NCBI RefSeq assembly: GCF_031769215.1
Contig: NW_026781914.1
Coordinates: forward strand, 248,001-312,000
Direction: 5' to 3'
DNA length: 64,000 nucleotides
From: Ylistrum balloti
Taxonomy: Eukaryota
Below are positions 12,401 through 27,400 of this stretch, one piece after another. Each line of letters opens with the position of its first letter. The stretch's first letter is position 1. Position numbers and translations under genes: made by a program. The notes beneath the pieces were generated by a model. The model saw only the letters and a list, made by a program, of their open reading frames with translations, did not search any database and was not told the origin of the DNA.

Positions 12401-15400
12401 GTCACACTTAGTTACACTCTGTTCTATGTCTACCGTCACACTTAGTTACATTCTGTTCTATATATACCTTCACACTTAGTTACTTTCTGTTCTATATCTA
12501 CAGTCACACTTAGTTACCTTCTGTTCTATATCTACCGTCACACTTAGTTACATTCTGTTCTATATCTACCGTCACACTTAGTTACCTTCTGTTCTATATC
12601 TACAGTCACACTTAGTTACACTCTGTTCTATATCTACCGTCACACTTAGTTACCTTCTGTTCTATATCTACAGTCACACTTAGTTACACTCTGTTCTATG
12701 TCTACCGTCACACTTAGTTACATTCTGTTCTATATATACCTTCACACTTAGTTACATTCTGTTCTATATCTACAGTCACACTTAGTTACCTTCTGTTCTA
12801 TATATACAGTCACACTTAGTTACATTCTGTTCTATATCTACAGTCTGTTCTATATCTACCGTCACACTTAGTTACATTCTGTTCTATATCTACCGTCACA
12901 CTTAGTTACATTCTGTTCTATATCTACCGTCACACTTAGTTACATTCTGTTCTATATCTACCGTCACACTTAGTTACATTCTGTTCTATATCTACAGTCA
13001 CACTTAGTTACATTGTGTTCTATATCTACCGTCACACTTAGTTACATTCTGTTATATATCTACAGTCACACTTAGTTACATTCTGTTCTATATCTACCAT
13101 CACACTTAGTTACATTCTGTTCTATATCTACCGTCACTCTAACTTACGTGCCTCGCACCTTTATCTCTACCTTTACATTTAGTTACCCTCGGCTCTCCTC
13201 TGCTCTTTACCTACCTTCGCACTTCGTGGTCCCATCTCCGATATATCCTTGTTTACAACGACACACATAGTTAGAACATTCGGCATTGGCAGCACACTGT
13301 TTCCCGCCGCAATACTCCACAGCTGTTATGGTGACGTCAAAAATTAAAATAAAATATAAAAGAAGACAACTGGCAAACGTAATATATATATTTGAATCAG
13401 AATTGCCACTATTGAAAAAAAAACTCTCTTTTGAAAATGAAATCAAAATAAAAAAAAAACACAGTATAAACAATTATACTAGATAATAATGATTCAGGAA
13501 GACATTAATGTGTTTATAGAGTCATTATTAGATAATTACTATATAAATAATCTCTGGTTAAATTATGATTGTAATATCCAGTGTGTTTACTCTAGGATCC
13601 TGTCATGTCGAAGTTTCTTTACTTCAATATTTACATAATTTTATCACTTTATTCACATTCCTTATTTCATCGTTTTAAAGAAACTTATCTACACGATTTG
13701 TCTGACAACGTACATTCACATTTCTGGTAACCATTTCCATGGTAACCTTCCTTACACATGCAACTCCCTTGGGAACAGTATGCAAACGAAGTGCATTTTC
13801 TGCCTTTGCAAAGAGCTGAAATATAAGTAAAAGACTATTTTCTTTACTTTTGTCGTAATTCAATCACATACATTCATCATGAACTAGCACATCGTCTGAA
13901 CACTTTTATCTAAGAAAATAAACAGATCTCTATATACATCTCCTTTCAAGGCGTCCATAAAATTATTGCATAATCAAAATAACACTTTGTACATACGTTC
14001 ACAGAAAGTTCGGCCGTTTCCGACGAACCCTTCCTTACAAACGCACTGGAAGTTGGTGCATTCTGAATTTGCCACACATCTCTGACCCCCGCATATACCA
14101 TTAACTGAAAACAGAAATATGTCGAAGTTGCTTTACGCTTTTAATTGAAATCCGTTTTTTCTTTATACAGATATTTTTAACGTCTTTAACATTCGATCTT
14201 ATTTCTCTTCTTCATATTATGCTAGATTTATTATTGTTGTAAGTCATGTAAGATCTATAAACAAATACGTTAACACACCTTCACAACGGATATATCCATC
14301 ACCATGGTATCCGGAAATGCACGTGCATTTGCCGTCGTGACATTCAGCGTTGTCAGTACATATCTGTCCACCACATATTTCTGTACAAGTGAAGATGGAT
14401 TATAATTTCGCTTTATATGAAAAAGGCTCATACTTGTATTCGTATGGTACCTATAGAATTAAAGGTTTTATCATTCTTATAGCAGGTGATGTTAGTTTGT
14501 CTTATCATCACCATGATAACGACGCATTAAAACGGTATTAAGTTCAGACATTGAAAAAATATATTTTTTACTTAATTTGAATAGATGTGAAAATGTAAAG
14601 GAGTATGCTAAATGTGTGTAAATGAAACCTTACCGTCACACTCATCGTACCCGTCACCCCGATAACCCGTCATACAAACGCACTGGAAGTTAACACAATG
14701 CGCAAATGCCGCGCACGTTTTTCCGTCACAAAATCCGTCCACTACAATAATAAAAATTCATTTTAAAGATAAAGTTTGCTTGGTGCTTATATGCATATTG
14801 TTCTTGTTCTTTAAGAAGATTTTGAAGTGATATAAATATTTCGATACAGTTGAACTTTTATCGGGAATGATATTCTATAATACCTTCACATCTAGTATTG
14901 CCGTCTCCGTGATAGCCCTTGTCACACACACATTTGTCGTCGATGCAGGATGCAAACTCCACACACTTGATTGTCCCACAAAGGGCTAAAACAATAGAAC
15001 ATATTACCTGATTTACAAATTGCTATCACAAAACAATACTATTTCTGGTATGCGAAAAGTAAAGCGATTTGAAAATGTGTTGTTGTTATCAAGCCATAAA
15101 AATCGGATAATTACCTTTACATTTCTTGATACCGTCCCCAACATATCCTTGTTGACACTGACATTGGAAGTTCACACACTCCGCGTTCACAGAACATTCC
15201 TTACCACCACACACAGTAGTCGCTAAAATATATATCATACCATACTAAAAATATGTGATATGTTTAGGTGCGTATTTCAACAAACATATAAGTATCTTGC
15301 TAAATCTGTTTACTCGTCAGCAAAGAAAACGTATGTGGTCCTCAAAACAACTCTAACTGTGCGTTAAAACAACAAAGCGTGTGTTTGCTTAGATAGCAAA

Positions 15401-18400
15401 GCCACACTTACGGTATGTTTAGATAGCAAAGCCACACTTACAGTATGTTTAGATAGCAAAGCCACACGTACAGTATGTTTAGATAGCAAAGCAACACTTA
15501 CAGTATGTTTAGATAGCAAAGCCACACTTACGGTATGTTTAGATAGCAAAGCCACACTTACATTATGTTTAGATAGCAAAGCCACACTTACATTATGTTT
15601 AGATAGCAAAGCCACACTTACATTATGTTTAGATAGCAAAGCAACACTTACGGTATGTTTAGATAGCAAAGCCACACTTACAGTATGTTTAGATAGCAAA
15701 GCCACACTTACATTATGTTTAGATAGCAAAGCAACACTTACGGTATGTTTAGATAGCAAAGCCACACTTACATTATGTTTAGATAGCAAAGCAACACTTA
15801 CAGTATGTTTAGATAGCAAAGCAACACATAATAAACCTAACAGGGTTAACAATGTTAATAACATTCAATAAAATATCATAAATAAACAATTAAACACGTA
15901 AAAGCTAATAAGATAAACACAATAAAACAAGTTAAATCAACTATTACTCATGTCACAAACCTAAAATTCTGAACACTTACGTTCACACAATACGTGTCCG
16001 TTTCCGTGAAATCCTTCGGCACACTGACACTTGTTGTCCACACAAATGGAGTTAGCAACACATAGCCGGTCGTTACAGAGCTCTGTAACGTATCGACAAT
16101 AACACACACGAGTGCAATAATTTACGAACTAAACAGTAAACACACTATTGAAGGTATACATAAAGTTTTTTTTATGAAAGCAAATCGATTTCACCGTAAA
16201 TTTGCCAACAAATGTAAACTAAATGGTAGCTGAAGAGAGAGAACCGATTCTAATTTAACATTAATTTTAACAAGATTAAATATCTTTTCCATAATTTCCA
16301 TGAACAAAATTTAAATATTATAAATAGAGTATTAATTTGTTTAAGGTTTTACAGGTGTGCCTTTTTGATACGCTGTAACACATACCTGTACATTTTGTAT
16401 TGCCATCTCCACTGTACCCAGGCCGACACTTACACCTGTAGTTCTGGCACTCAGCGTATTCAGCACATCGATCTCCATTACAGAACCCATTAGCTGATGT
16501 CCGAAAAGTTATACATTCAGATGTTTCCATGACAGATTCATGCTTCAAGGCATATGTTTATGTTTTTGTCACTTGATACCAATTGACCATAAATTGTAAG
16601 ACCTCAGTTTAATTGGTTATCAGTGTGCACCACTGGCACCAGAACACGTACCCAAACAATGTGATATTTCCAATCTGTAAAGTAGCTCACGAGACAATAC
16701 ATGTATGTCAACAGTTGGAAAAGTACCTGTTTGCTACCTCGTCCTTAACAATTAATTAATTTTCAAATTGTAGTCCTTTATGCAGAATTCGTTGAATCTG
16801 GCAGTAGAAAATTTTCATATGACCATTCCTGTGATTATGGCACTATTCAATGGTCATATGGGCATTCCCTTGTCTCGAGCAGTACACAATTTCATACATT
16901 ACAATAACCTGTAGGTGCCTTTTAAATCATACTGATCTTAAATGAACACTACAATAGATACATTTGATGTAGACAAGAACTTACGTTCACATTTGATGTA
17001 TCCGTCTCCATGGTAACCTTGTGTGCATTTACAACCACTTTCTGTACACTCTGCGTGGTCGACGCATGGTATACCCTTACAGATGCCTGAAATACGAAAA
17101 GTGAAAACAAAACCGCCAATAACATCTATACAGCTAACCACTAAGTCACTTACGACTTAAACCTTTACTTACGGTTTTCCTGTCATGATAGATATAGGGC
17201 ATGTCCAGTAGGTGTACTGTGATCTACATATTTTCAACCTACAATTTACATTTCCAGCCATCTCAAGACCAGCAGGTTAATGACAACAATCCCTCAAATT
17301 ATTTGTAGATATATTATTTCGTTATGTAAATGATGAGACAATAACATTGAACATTCGGTAATATCAGATTAAATATTATGTTTTGAAAATATTAAAACAA
17401 AAGTGGTCTTACGTAAACAGCGAGTGTAACCGTCCCCGTAGTAATCAGGGTCACACAAACAGTGGTAGTTCTTACAGGATGCATTCTCTGTACAAGTCTT
17501 CCCACCACAACTTCCTGATTCTTATAGAAAAAAAGGCAATTAAATGTCAATCTACATTTACGTCATTGAAAAATAAAGATAAAATGTTACAACAGTTGTC
17601 TCATATATACCTTCAATGTGTATGTAGGCGTCGCCACTGTACCCTGGGTCTCATACATACCTTCAGATTGTATGTAGGCGTCGCCACTGTACCCTGAGTA
17701 TCATACATACTTCACATTGTATGTAGGCGTCGCCACTGTACCCTGGGTCTCATACATACCTTCACATTGTATGTAGGCGTCGCCACTGTATCCCGTGTCA
17801 CATTCACACTTTCCGTCTATACAAGAAGAGTGATCTACACACGAGCGTCCATCACACAATCCTGTGAGAGACATCAAATATATTTCCGGAATTAAAATAG
17901 TACACACTTACCTACACATTGTGTGAACCGATACAAACCGTCACAAAAACCTATATATTTATATAAACAACCAGTCTTATACATCACTTATTTTTGTTAC
18001 AAGATGTGTTTAAGAAACTGACGTCATAAATCAAACACCAACACGACTGACTCAAATATGAAATATATCTATATAGGCTTACAGACTAACTTCACAAAGT
18101 ACATGGTGTATTGTACATCATCCTTCGATGTGTGTTTATTTTCCCATTAACAGTGTATAACAATATGTATTTGCTTACGTTTACATTTATTGTAACCATT
18201 TCCATGAAATCCTTTTTTACATTTACACACATAATTGATGCACTCTGCAAACTCTGTGCAGATTTTCCTTCCGCATAAGTATGGCGCTGTAATATAAATC
18301 AAATTTAAATATAAGAACAGGCACCTTTATGTGTTTCTAAATGCACAGAGAAGAAATACATTTAGTACACACATGACAGCTGAAACGTGATTATTGTTTA

Positions 18401-21400
18401 ACTCTTAATGCTGATCTCCCAGAGTTACCGCCCTTTGTTTCAATCTTTCAGTACAGCGGTAAGTTTAACAGAAGAGAATGAAGTAACGTTGGTATACATT
18501 ACTTCTGTGTGATGACAGTTGGTGACAAGTACTAGGAACATGGATCAAAAGTAAAAGTGTGTTTTACTGAGCCAATTCTATTTTTTTCTGAAGCATGCGT
18601 ACTGTACAAATTAATACATTTATAACAAATGGTTGAAACTTAGAATTTACTTACGTTCACACAAGATCAAACCGTTTCCTTGGTAACCAAAACTGCACAC
18701 ACATTTGTTATCCTTACACACAGCATAATTCGCACAAGTTTGTCCACCACATAGAGCTGTATAAAAAATGGTAGATATTGAGTACCAAATGTAATACATT
18801 GAATCTTTCACTACGAAAAATCAAAGTTCTCGGATCTATTTTGTTTCGCAATTGATTCGATATTCAATGACGTGTTCTCAAAACCAATATGCAACTGACA
18901 GACAACCTAACAAGACACGATTTCGAAATATGCAAGTTGATGGAAACGATGTTTTATGGGGGAAAATATGGTCGTTATAATAATCCCATTGGATAATATT
19001 CCATTTCTTCATAATATATGTAGTTGGAAGTGTTTGATGTTTGTTGGTTTGCCTGTTGGTTCCGTTGTTGTATATATTGTTCTCATTTAAGGCACGTGAC
19101 ATTAATGACTTTGAACCAAAATTTACATGGCAAGTGTAGTTGACGAAGCAGAAGATACTTACCTGTCCGCAACACTTGTCTTATTCATCTTGTATTTTTT
19201 CAGGAGACTTCGATTAAATATTTCCTTTGTTCATATTTCCCCCTAGTTTTATTGAATTACAGTTTGAATTATGCTACAAGATGACACGTTGGTATTTTCT
19301 TTGCTGTTGTTCAATCTACGTCTCTAGAATATTTCATAGTGAAACTTCTTTATTATCTTCCAATGTAAAAGTTCTGTTCACATTTATTATATTTCAAAGT
19401 CGGTGAACCATACATTTATTTTATTTCGAAGTCGATGTACCATAAATGTTTCAGTATAAAACTTCACATTTATTTTAATTCAAAGTCTGTTTACCATACA
19501 TGTTTCAGTGAAAACTTCACATTTAATTTAATTCGAAGTCTGTTTACCATACATGTTTCAGTGTAAACTTCACATTTAATTTAATTCAAAGTCTGTTTAC
19601 CATACATGTTTCAGTATAAAACTTCACATTTAATTTAATTCGAAGTCTGTTTACCATACATGTTTCAGTGTAAACTTCACATTTAATTTAATTCAAAGTC
19701 TGTTTACCATACATGTTTCAGTGAAAACTTCACATTTAATTTAATTCAAAGTCGATGTAACATACATGTTTCAGTGTAAACTTCACATTTAATTTAATTC
19801 GAAGTCAGTGTACCATACATGTTTCAGTATAAAACTTCACATTTATTTTAATTCGAAGTCGGTGTACCAAACATGTTTCAGTATAAAACTTCACATTTAA
19901 TTTAATTCAAAGTCTGTGTACCATACATGTTTCAGTATAAAACTTCACATTTATTTTAATTCGAAGTCGGTGTACCAAACATGTTTCAGTATAAAACTTC
20001 ACATTTAATTTAATTCAAAGTCGGTGTATCATACATGTTTCAGTATAAAACTTCACATTTATTTTATTTCAAAGTCTGTTTACCATACATGTTTCAGTGT
20101 AAACTTCACATTTAATTTAATTCAAAGTCGGTGTAACATACATGTTTCAGTGTAAAACTTACGTTCACACTTGTTGTAGGGATCTCCGATATAGCCATGG
20201 TTACATTTACATTCGTAGTTGATACATTTAGCAAATGAGGCACATGTTCTTCCGTCACAAACACTGGCAGCTGTAAGTATGTAAGGTATCATTAGAATCA
20301 CAATAATCTGATAGAGGAATTTCTCTTCATATAGAAATGGTTTATGTCATTTCCAAATGTGTTCAAATGTTAATTGCTACGGTAATATCCTATATACAAA
20401 GTTGTGGCAGCTTCAATTACATGCTTCACGCAATGATTTAGCCAGGAAATTAAACGTTAAGTGGTGAAATGTCCGTGCTTACGTTCACATCTGATGTAGG
20501 GATTACCCTGGTACCCGTTCTGACAGACACACTCATTAGCATCACAGTAAGCGTATTCTGCACAGCGTCGGAAATCACACACAGCTAGATAACAGGAAGG
20601 ACGATGTAAAATGATTAATGTCAAACCAACAGATACAAATTACATTACATGGTAAGTGGGACTGAATAAATAACGTACTTTATGTTTGGAGGGTTGTAGT
20701 TTACGATATTACAAATTACTCAAATCAAAATAGAGAACGTCATCTTTGTATTCGTGATAATGAAAACACATTCAGATGTCATCAGTATGGTGATTTGAGT
20801 CACCATTGATGTGATAAATGAAGCAAATTAAATTACGTAAATATAGTAATACACAGCAGATCCCAGAGGGATCTCGGCTCCCACAATTCTTTGATCTTTA
20901 TTTGTTCTTTGAAAGTTGGATCTCTTCCCTTCATTTCTCTTCTCTTTTGTGTATTTACTCTTCATGAAGAAATCTGAACATTTCTTTGCAGAAATAGTGA
21001 TCATAATTTTTTAAATGCCAAATGAAATATGGTCGTCTGGAAGCCATTTTGTTTCCCCTAATTAGTCCTTAAACCAATCGGGCACAATTAGGGACCAAGG
21101 GGAACTTACGTATGAAGTTTGAGAAAGATCCATTCAGTACTTCTTAAGAAATAGCGATAACAATTTTTTCTAGTCGAAATCCAAGATAGCTGCTTTCGAC
21201 CATTCTATTTTTCCTGAGCAGGCCCAAAGTCAAACGGGAAGAACGAGGGACCAAGGGAAAGCTACAGATGAGAAAGATTCACCCAGAACTTTTCAATGAA
21301 TAACCATAACAATCTTCATTGAAAATAATCCAAGATGGTCACCTGTCTGCTATTTTTTGCATCAGTCCAAAAATTGAACGGACACAACTAGAGTCCATGG

Positions 21401-24400
21401 GGACGCGCCACATGACATAACTAGAGACCAGGGGAAACCTACATACACATTTTGAGAAAGTTCGCCCAATACTTCTCAAGAAATAACGATAACAAAAATT
21501 ATTTACGGACAGCTGGACAACGATTATGTTATAGATGGTGGGCTAAAAACTTACGTTCGCACTTGCTATAGCCATCGCCGATATAACCCTGGTCACAGAC
21601 ACATGCGTAGTCGAAACAGTGGGCATTCTGAACACAGTTGGTTCCGCCACAAATGCCCAAGGCTGCAAATAAGTGAAAAAAATCCGTTTAACGTTTGGTA
21701 TTAAATTTGTATTAAAATATGTAGTTCATGTGCATATGATTTGTTAACTCAACTATAATAAAAACAATCGATTCAATAACTAAACTCTCGCGTTTTTACG
21801 TGTGGGAGACCACTTACCTTCACATTTGTTGTATCCATTTCCATGGAAACCTGCAGTACACACGCATTCGTCGTTCAAACATTGAGCATGTTGGGAACAA
21901 ATCCTTTCGCCACAAAGTTCTATAAAAATTACATATACTTGTATATAGTGTTCTTTATAAATAAATGAAAAACAAAGTATATTGTCATGTGACCTTTCAA
22001 AATCAATGTACACTACACAGTCAATTGATCAGTAATTGATTACGTTTAGATGGCAATGATATTAAGAGTACAGTAAGATAAGTTGTCATAGATTGATAGT
22101 GGAATTTCATATCGATATTACCAAAGATTTTAATTTATAGAAAGAGGCGATTTTTTTAGTCTTACTTGTGGCAAAGTTTTTTTCTGAACTTGAATAACTA
22201 ATATGACTTGAAGTTTGCGGTATTGTTTTGTAATGTTTTCCCCGGATAATTTCAGTATTAATACTGTTCCTGTATAGCATTTTAAATATTAATGTTTCCA
22301 TATGGGAAATCATATTTCAAAAATAGTAAATTTCTGAGTGACGTTTCAGGATAAGGCACGTTTCTCATATTCTGACACACATTACACTTTGGAACAAAGT
22401 CAGTATATGTTTCTATGTATTTCTGTCGATTTATCGGATAAAACAGTAAGTACACACGGTTAAACTGCAGATAGAAGTTGAATGCTCCCCGAAGAAAACT
22501 TAATTAGGCACGGAATTTTAACAGAGTGCAATTATTCTGTAATAAAGGGGTTACAGGCCCTGGATTGTTTTACTACACATGTTTTAATATTACCAATGTA
22601 TTATCCTGGTTTAAAGCAGGATTCATGCTTAACCATGGGAAAAGTTATGAACACCAAAGGACGGTCGGAAAGAAGGACGGACGGCCAAAGCGACAACAAC
22701 AAATGTATATGCTCCCCTACTACAATTTCGAGGAGCATCATAAAAGCGTATACTCAGATTTTAGACTTACTCTTACACTCCAAGTAGCCATTACCAATGA
22801 ATCCTGTCTGACACTGACATGCGTAGTTGATACAGACGGCATTAGTCACACAAGTCTTCCCGCCGCATGTGTAAACAGCTAAAAAAATACTTTAAAGTTT
22901 TTAAAAGAGACAAATCAACCGACGTGAAACTAAACCAGTAAAACTATGGAAGTATTCTTTCTAGATACAATTTTCCTTAAATAGAAGAAAATTCTACAAA
23001 TTAAGACATGTTCTCAAGCAAATTGAGTCATACTTTCGGAGGAAATTGCAGAGAGTTTAAAAAACAAAAGCAATGCGTATTGATCCCTTTGATTGGTGGT
23101 GATCGACTTACGTTCACAGCGTATGGTGGGTGTACCATGAAACCCGTCGTAACACACACATTTGCCGTTTTGACATTCGGCGTTACCACCACATCGCTCT
23201 CCTCCACAAAGGGCTTCAATGGGGAAACAATCACGTTACATGTTACAACATCACAACGTACAAAGTGTCATCGCAAAAATGATATGTGTCTTTTATACAG
23301 AAACAACTGTAGGAGATGTGTCATTAATACAGAAAAATACAGATATAGGAGACCTGTCATTTATACATAAAAACATACAGAAATAGTAGATGTGTCATTC
23401 GTACAGAAAACATTCAGATATAGTGTCATCGCAAAAATGATGTGTCTTTTATACAGAAACAACTGTAGGAGATGTGTCATCAATACAGAAAAATACAGAT
23501 ATAGGAGACCTGTCATACATAAAAACATACAGATATAGTAGATGTGTCATTCGTACAGATAACATACAGATATAGTAGGTGTGTCATTCAAACAGAAAAC
23601 ATTCAGATATAGTAGATGTGTCATTCATACAGAAAACATACAGATATAGTAGATGTGTCATTCATACAGAAAACATATATATATAGTAGGTGTGTATTCA
23701 TACAGAAAATATATACAGATATAGTAGATGTGTCATTCATACAGAAAATATATACAGATATAGTAGATGTGTCATTCATACAGAAATATATACAGATATA
23801 GTAGATGTGTCATTCATACAGAAAACATACAGATATAAATATATACATATATATATATATGTGTCATTCATACAAAAAACAAGAATATGATGTGTCTTTT
23901 ATACAGAAACAACTGTATAGTAGATGTGTCATCAATACAGAAAAATACAGATATAGTAGATGTGTCATTCATACAGAAAACATACAGATATAGTAGATGT
24001 GTCCTTCATACAGAAAACATATATATATAGTAGATGTGTCACTCATACAGAAAACATATAGATATAGTAGATGTGTCATTCATACAGAAAACATTCAGAT
24101 ATAGTAGATGTGTCATTCATACAGAAAACATACAGATATAGTAGATGTGTCATTCATACAGAAAACATACAGATATAGTAGATGTGTCATTCATACAGAA
24201 AACATACAGATATAGTAGGTGTGCTATTCATACAGAAAATATATACAGATATAGTAGATGTGTCATTCATACAGAAAACATATATACAGATATAGTAGAT
24301 GTGTCATTCATACAGAAAATATATACAGATATAGTAGATGTGTCATTCATACAGAAAACATATATATATAGTAGATGTGTCACTCATACAGAAAACATAT

Positions 24401-27400
24401 AGATATAGTAGATGTGTCATTCATACAGAAAACATTTAGATATAGTAGATGTGTCATTCATACAGAAAACATATAGATATAGTAGATGTGTCATTCATAC
24501 AGAAAACATACAGATATAGTAGATGTGTCATTCATACAGAAAACATATATACAGATATAGTAGATGTGTCATTCATACAGAAATATATACAGATATAGTA
24601 GATGTGTCATTCATACAGAAATATATACAGATATAGTAGATGTGTCATTCATACAGAAAACATATATACAGATATAGTAGATGTGTCATTCATACAGAAA
24701 ATATATACAGATATAGTAGATGTGTCATTCATACAGAAAATATATTCAGATATAGTAGATGTGTCATTCATACAGAAAATATATACAGATATAGTAGATG
24801 TGTCATTCATACAGAAATATATACAGATATAGTAGATGTGTCATTCATACAGAAAACATATATACAGATATAGTAGATGTGTCATTCATACAGAAAATAT
24901 ATACAGATATAGTAGATGTGTCATTCATACAGAAAATATATACAGATATAGTAGATGTGTCATTCATACAGAAAATATATACAGATATAGTAGATGTGTC
25001 ATTCATACAAAATAATCTCCACTTGCACCTAACTCCAATTTACTATACAAGGAGATATGCTTACATTTACAGGAGACATATCCATCTCCAACATACCCAG
25101 GTGAACACACACATTTCCCGTATAGACAAGTGGCATGCTCACAACAATGGCGACCATCGCAGAAGTCCAGGGCTACGTAGTGTCAGGAAAAAAAACAGTT
25201 ATCATCATCACTGTTAGGGACGTTATCATCAAAGAGTAAGGTTTGGTTAACAACGATTTAACTAACCTATTCATCATCATATAGCTGTTGTCAATTTTAA
25301 CGTTTATAGAATGTGTCTTTGAGCAGTCAAAACCTCCTAATTGTTGTCAGTCGACTTACAGTAACATTGCAGGTATCCGTTGCCATGGAAACCTTCCATA
25401 CACCTGCATTTTCCATCTTTACATGTTGCAAACTTTGCACATCTTCTGTTACTGCATAGTTCTTCGGGAAACAATATATTTTGATTACTTAAGTGACATA
25501 TACAACAAAGTAGAATGTTCTGTTCAATAAGGAATAACCTAAAACAAAGTTATTACAGAGAACACATATTTCTTGAATGCATAGAAAGTAAAAATTTCTG
25601 TGTATTCCACCATTCACATAAAACATAAATAGTAGAGCCAATAAAGCGTCTATTTTATTGAAGAAATGTATAACAGTTGGACTCTTTCAATAAAAATGTG
25701 AATACTAAAAATACGACAAAGCGGTGAATTTTGTAGAATGATATATACTCACAATCAATGACGTAATCAATTATGTCATATTATCAAATAAATGATCGAA
25801 TGATGAAGTAGAAAAAGACAGAGGGTTATTACAAAACCCTCATGACCATTAGTATAATCTAAGTACCTTCACAATGGCTGTACCCGTCTCCTACAAAGCC
25901 GTCTCTACACACACACTGATAGTTGAGACACTTGGCGTCAGGGGAACACATCTTCCCTCCACATAGTGACGTTGCTATATACAAGATTTATCGTTGGAAA
26001 AATAACAATCTTTATAAAAATGCACCAGATCATTAGCCAACAGAACATAATCTCTTTAACAAGAATAACATGGGTGACATTCAATGTTTATTGAGCTGCT
26101 TTTAAAATTTTGAGAAATACTTTACCTTCACATTTCAGATATCCGTTACCATGGTAACCTTCTGTACACACACACTCCTCTCTGTAGCAATACGCGTTCT
26201 GTACACATTGTCTCCCTTTACACAGAGCTACAACGTCAAAGCGTGATGGCCGGTATTTAAATTGACATATTTAATTAGTGATAATTTTAAAATACACCAA
26301 GCAACTATTTTGATTACTATAAACGATTTTCTTTCTTTTATTTGATGTACAGACAATAGGAAACATAATTCGTACACTAACAGTTTGTATTCGATGGTTA
26401 CAGATATACAAGTAAAAAAAACCATGATGAACGTGATAATAAACAGTGAATAATTCACCAAACGCCGTCAATAAATTAAATTCAATTAAGAATTCATAAT
26501 TAATTAAAGTTAAAACTTCACAATACCTAAATTATTTCAAAGTTCTTATTATCTGTTCATGTATTACCTGTGTCTTATAAACAACTTAATTTATCCTAGT
26601 TAAATAACGAACTTGTTTACATCTCTGTACTTCATGGGTACGTAAAAGAAATATTTATTGATTTGAATGCATGTCCTTACGTGTGCATTGCATGTAGGGG
26701 TCTCCATAGAATCCGCGAGTACATGTACACTGGTAGTTCACACATACCGCGTTCGCGCCACACTTACGTCCATCACAAACTCGTAATGCTACAACCGAAG
26801 ATAATCAAAAACATCAACATTAAATCAAGTAAAGAGAAAATCCATAATATCTAGACAGACTTGGACCATCAAACAGATGATTTGATAATATCAGAATTAC
26901 TGCAGTGATGAGTGTCAACGAATCCTATATACCAATCATAAATCAATTATTGTGAAGTTTTCAAATCATTGATAATATCGATAATTACAATGTACAGTAT
27001 CTGAGAACGTATTTATCTATATGTATCTGAGAACGTATTTATCTATATCAATATGTATCTGAGAACGTATTTATCTATATTTATATGTATCTGAGAACGT
27101 ATTTATCTATATGTATCTGAGAACTGAGAACGTATTTATCTATATGTATTTATCTATATCAATATGTATCTGAGAACGTATTTATCTATATGTATCTGAG
27201 AACGTATTTATCTATATGTATCTGAGAACGTATTTATCTATATGTATCTGAGAACGTATTTATCTATATGTATCTGAGAACGTATATTATCTATATGTAT
27301 TTATCTATATGTATCTGAGAACGTATTTATCAATGTGTATCTGAGAACGTATTTATCTATATGTATCTGAGAACGTATTTATCTATATGTATCTGAGAAC

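Noticed and set aside
15364-15864. 166-aa ORF with a hydrophobic start and VSVALLSKHT repeats
   Set aside because: By-product of a 30-bp minisatellite inside an intron of the large gene; no independent coding evidence.
23616-25217. Cluster of overlapping ORFs (MCHSYRK..., YTDIVDVSFIQK...)
   Set aside because: Translations of the 36-38-bp minisatellite.
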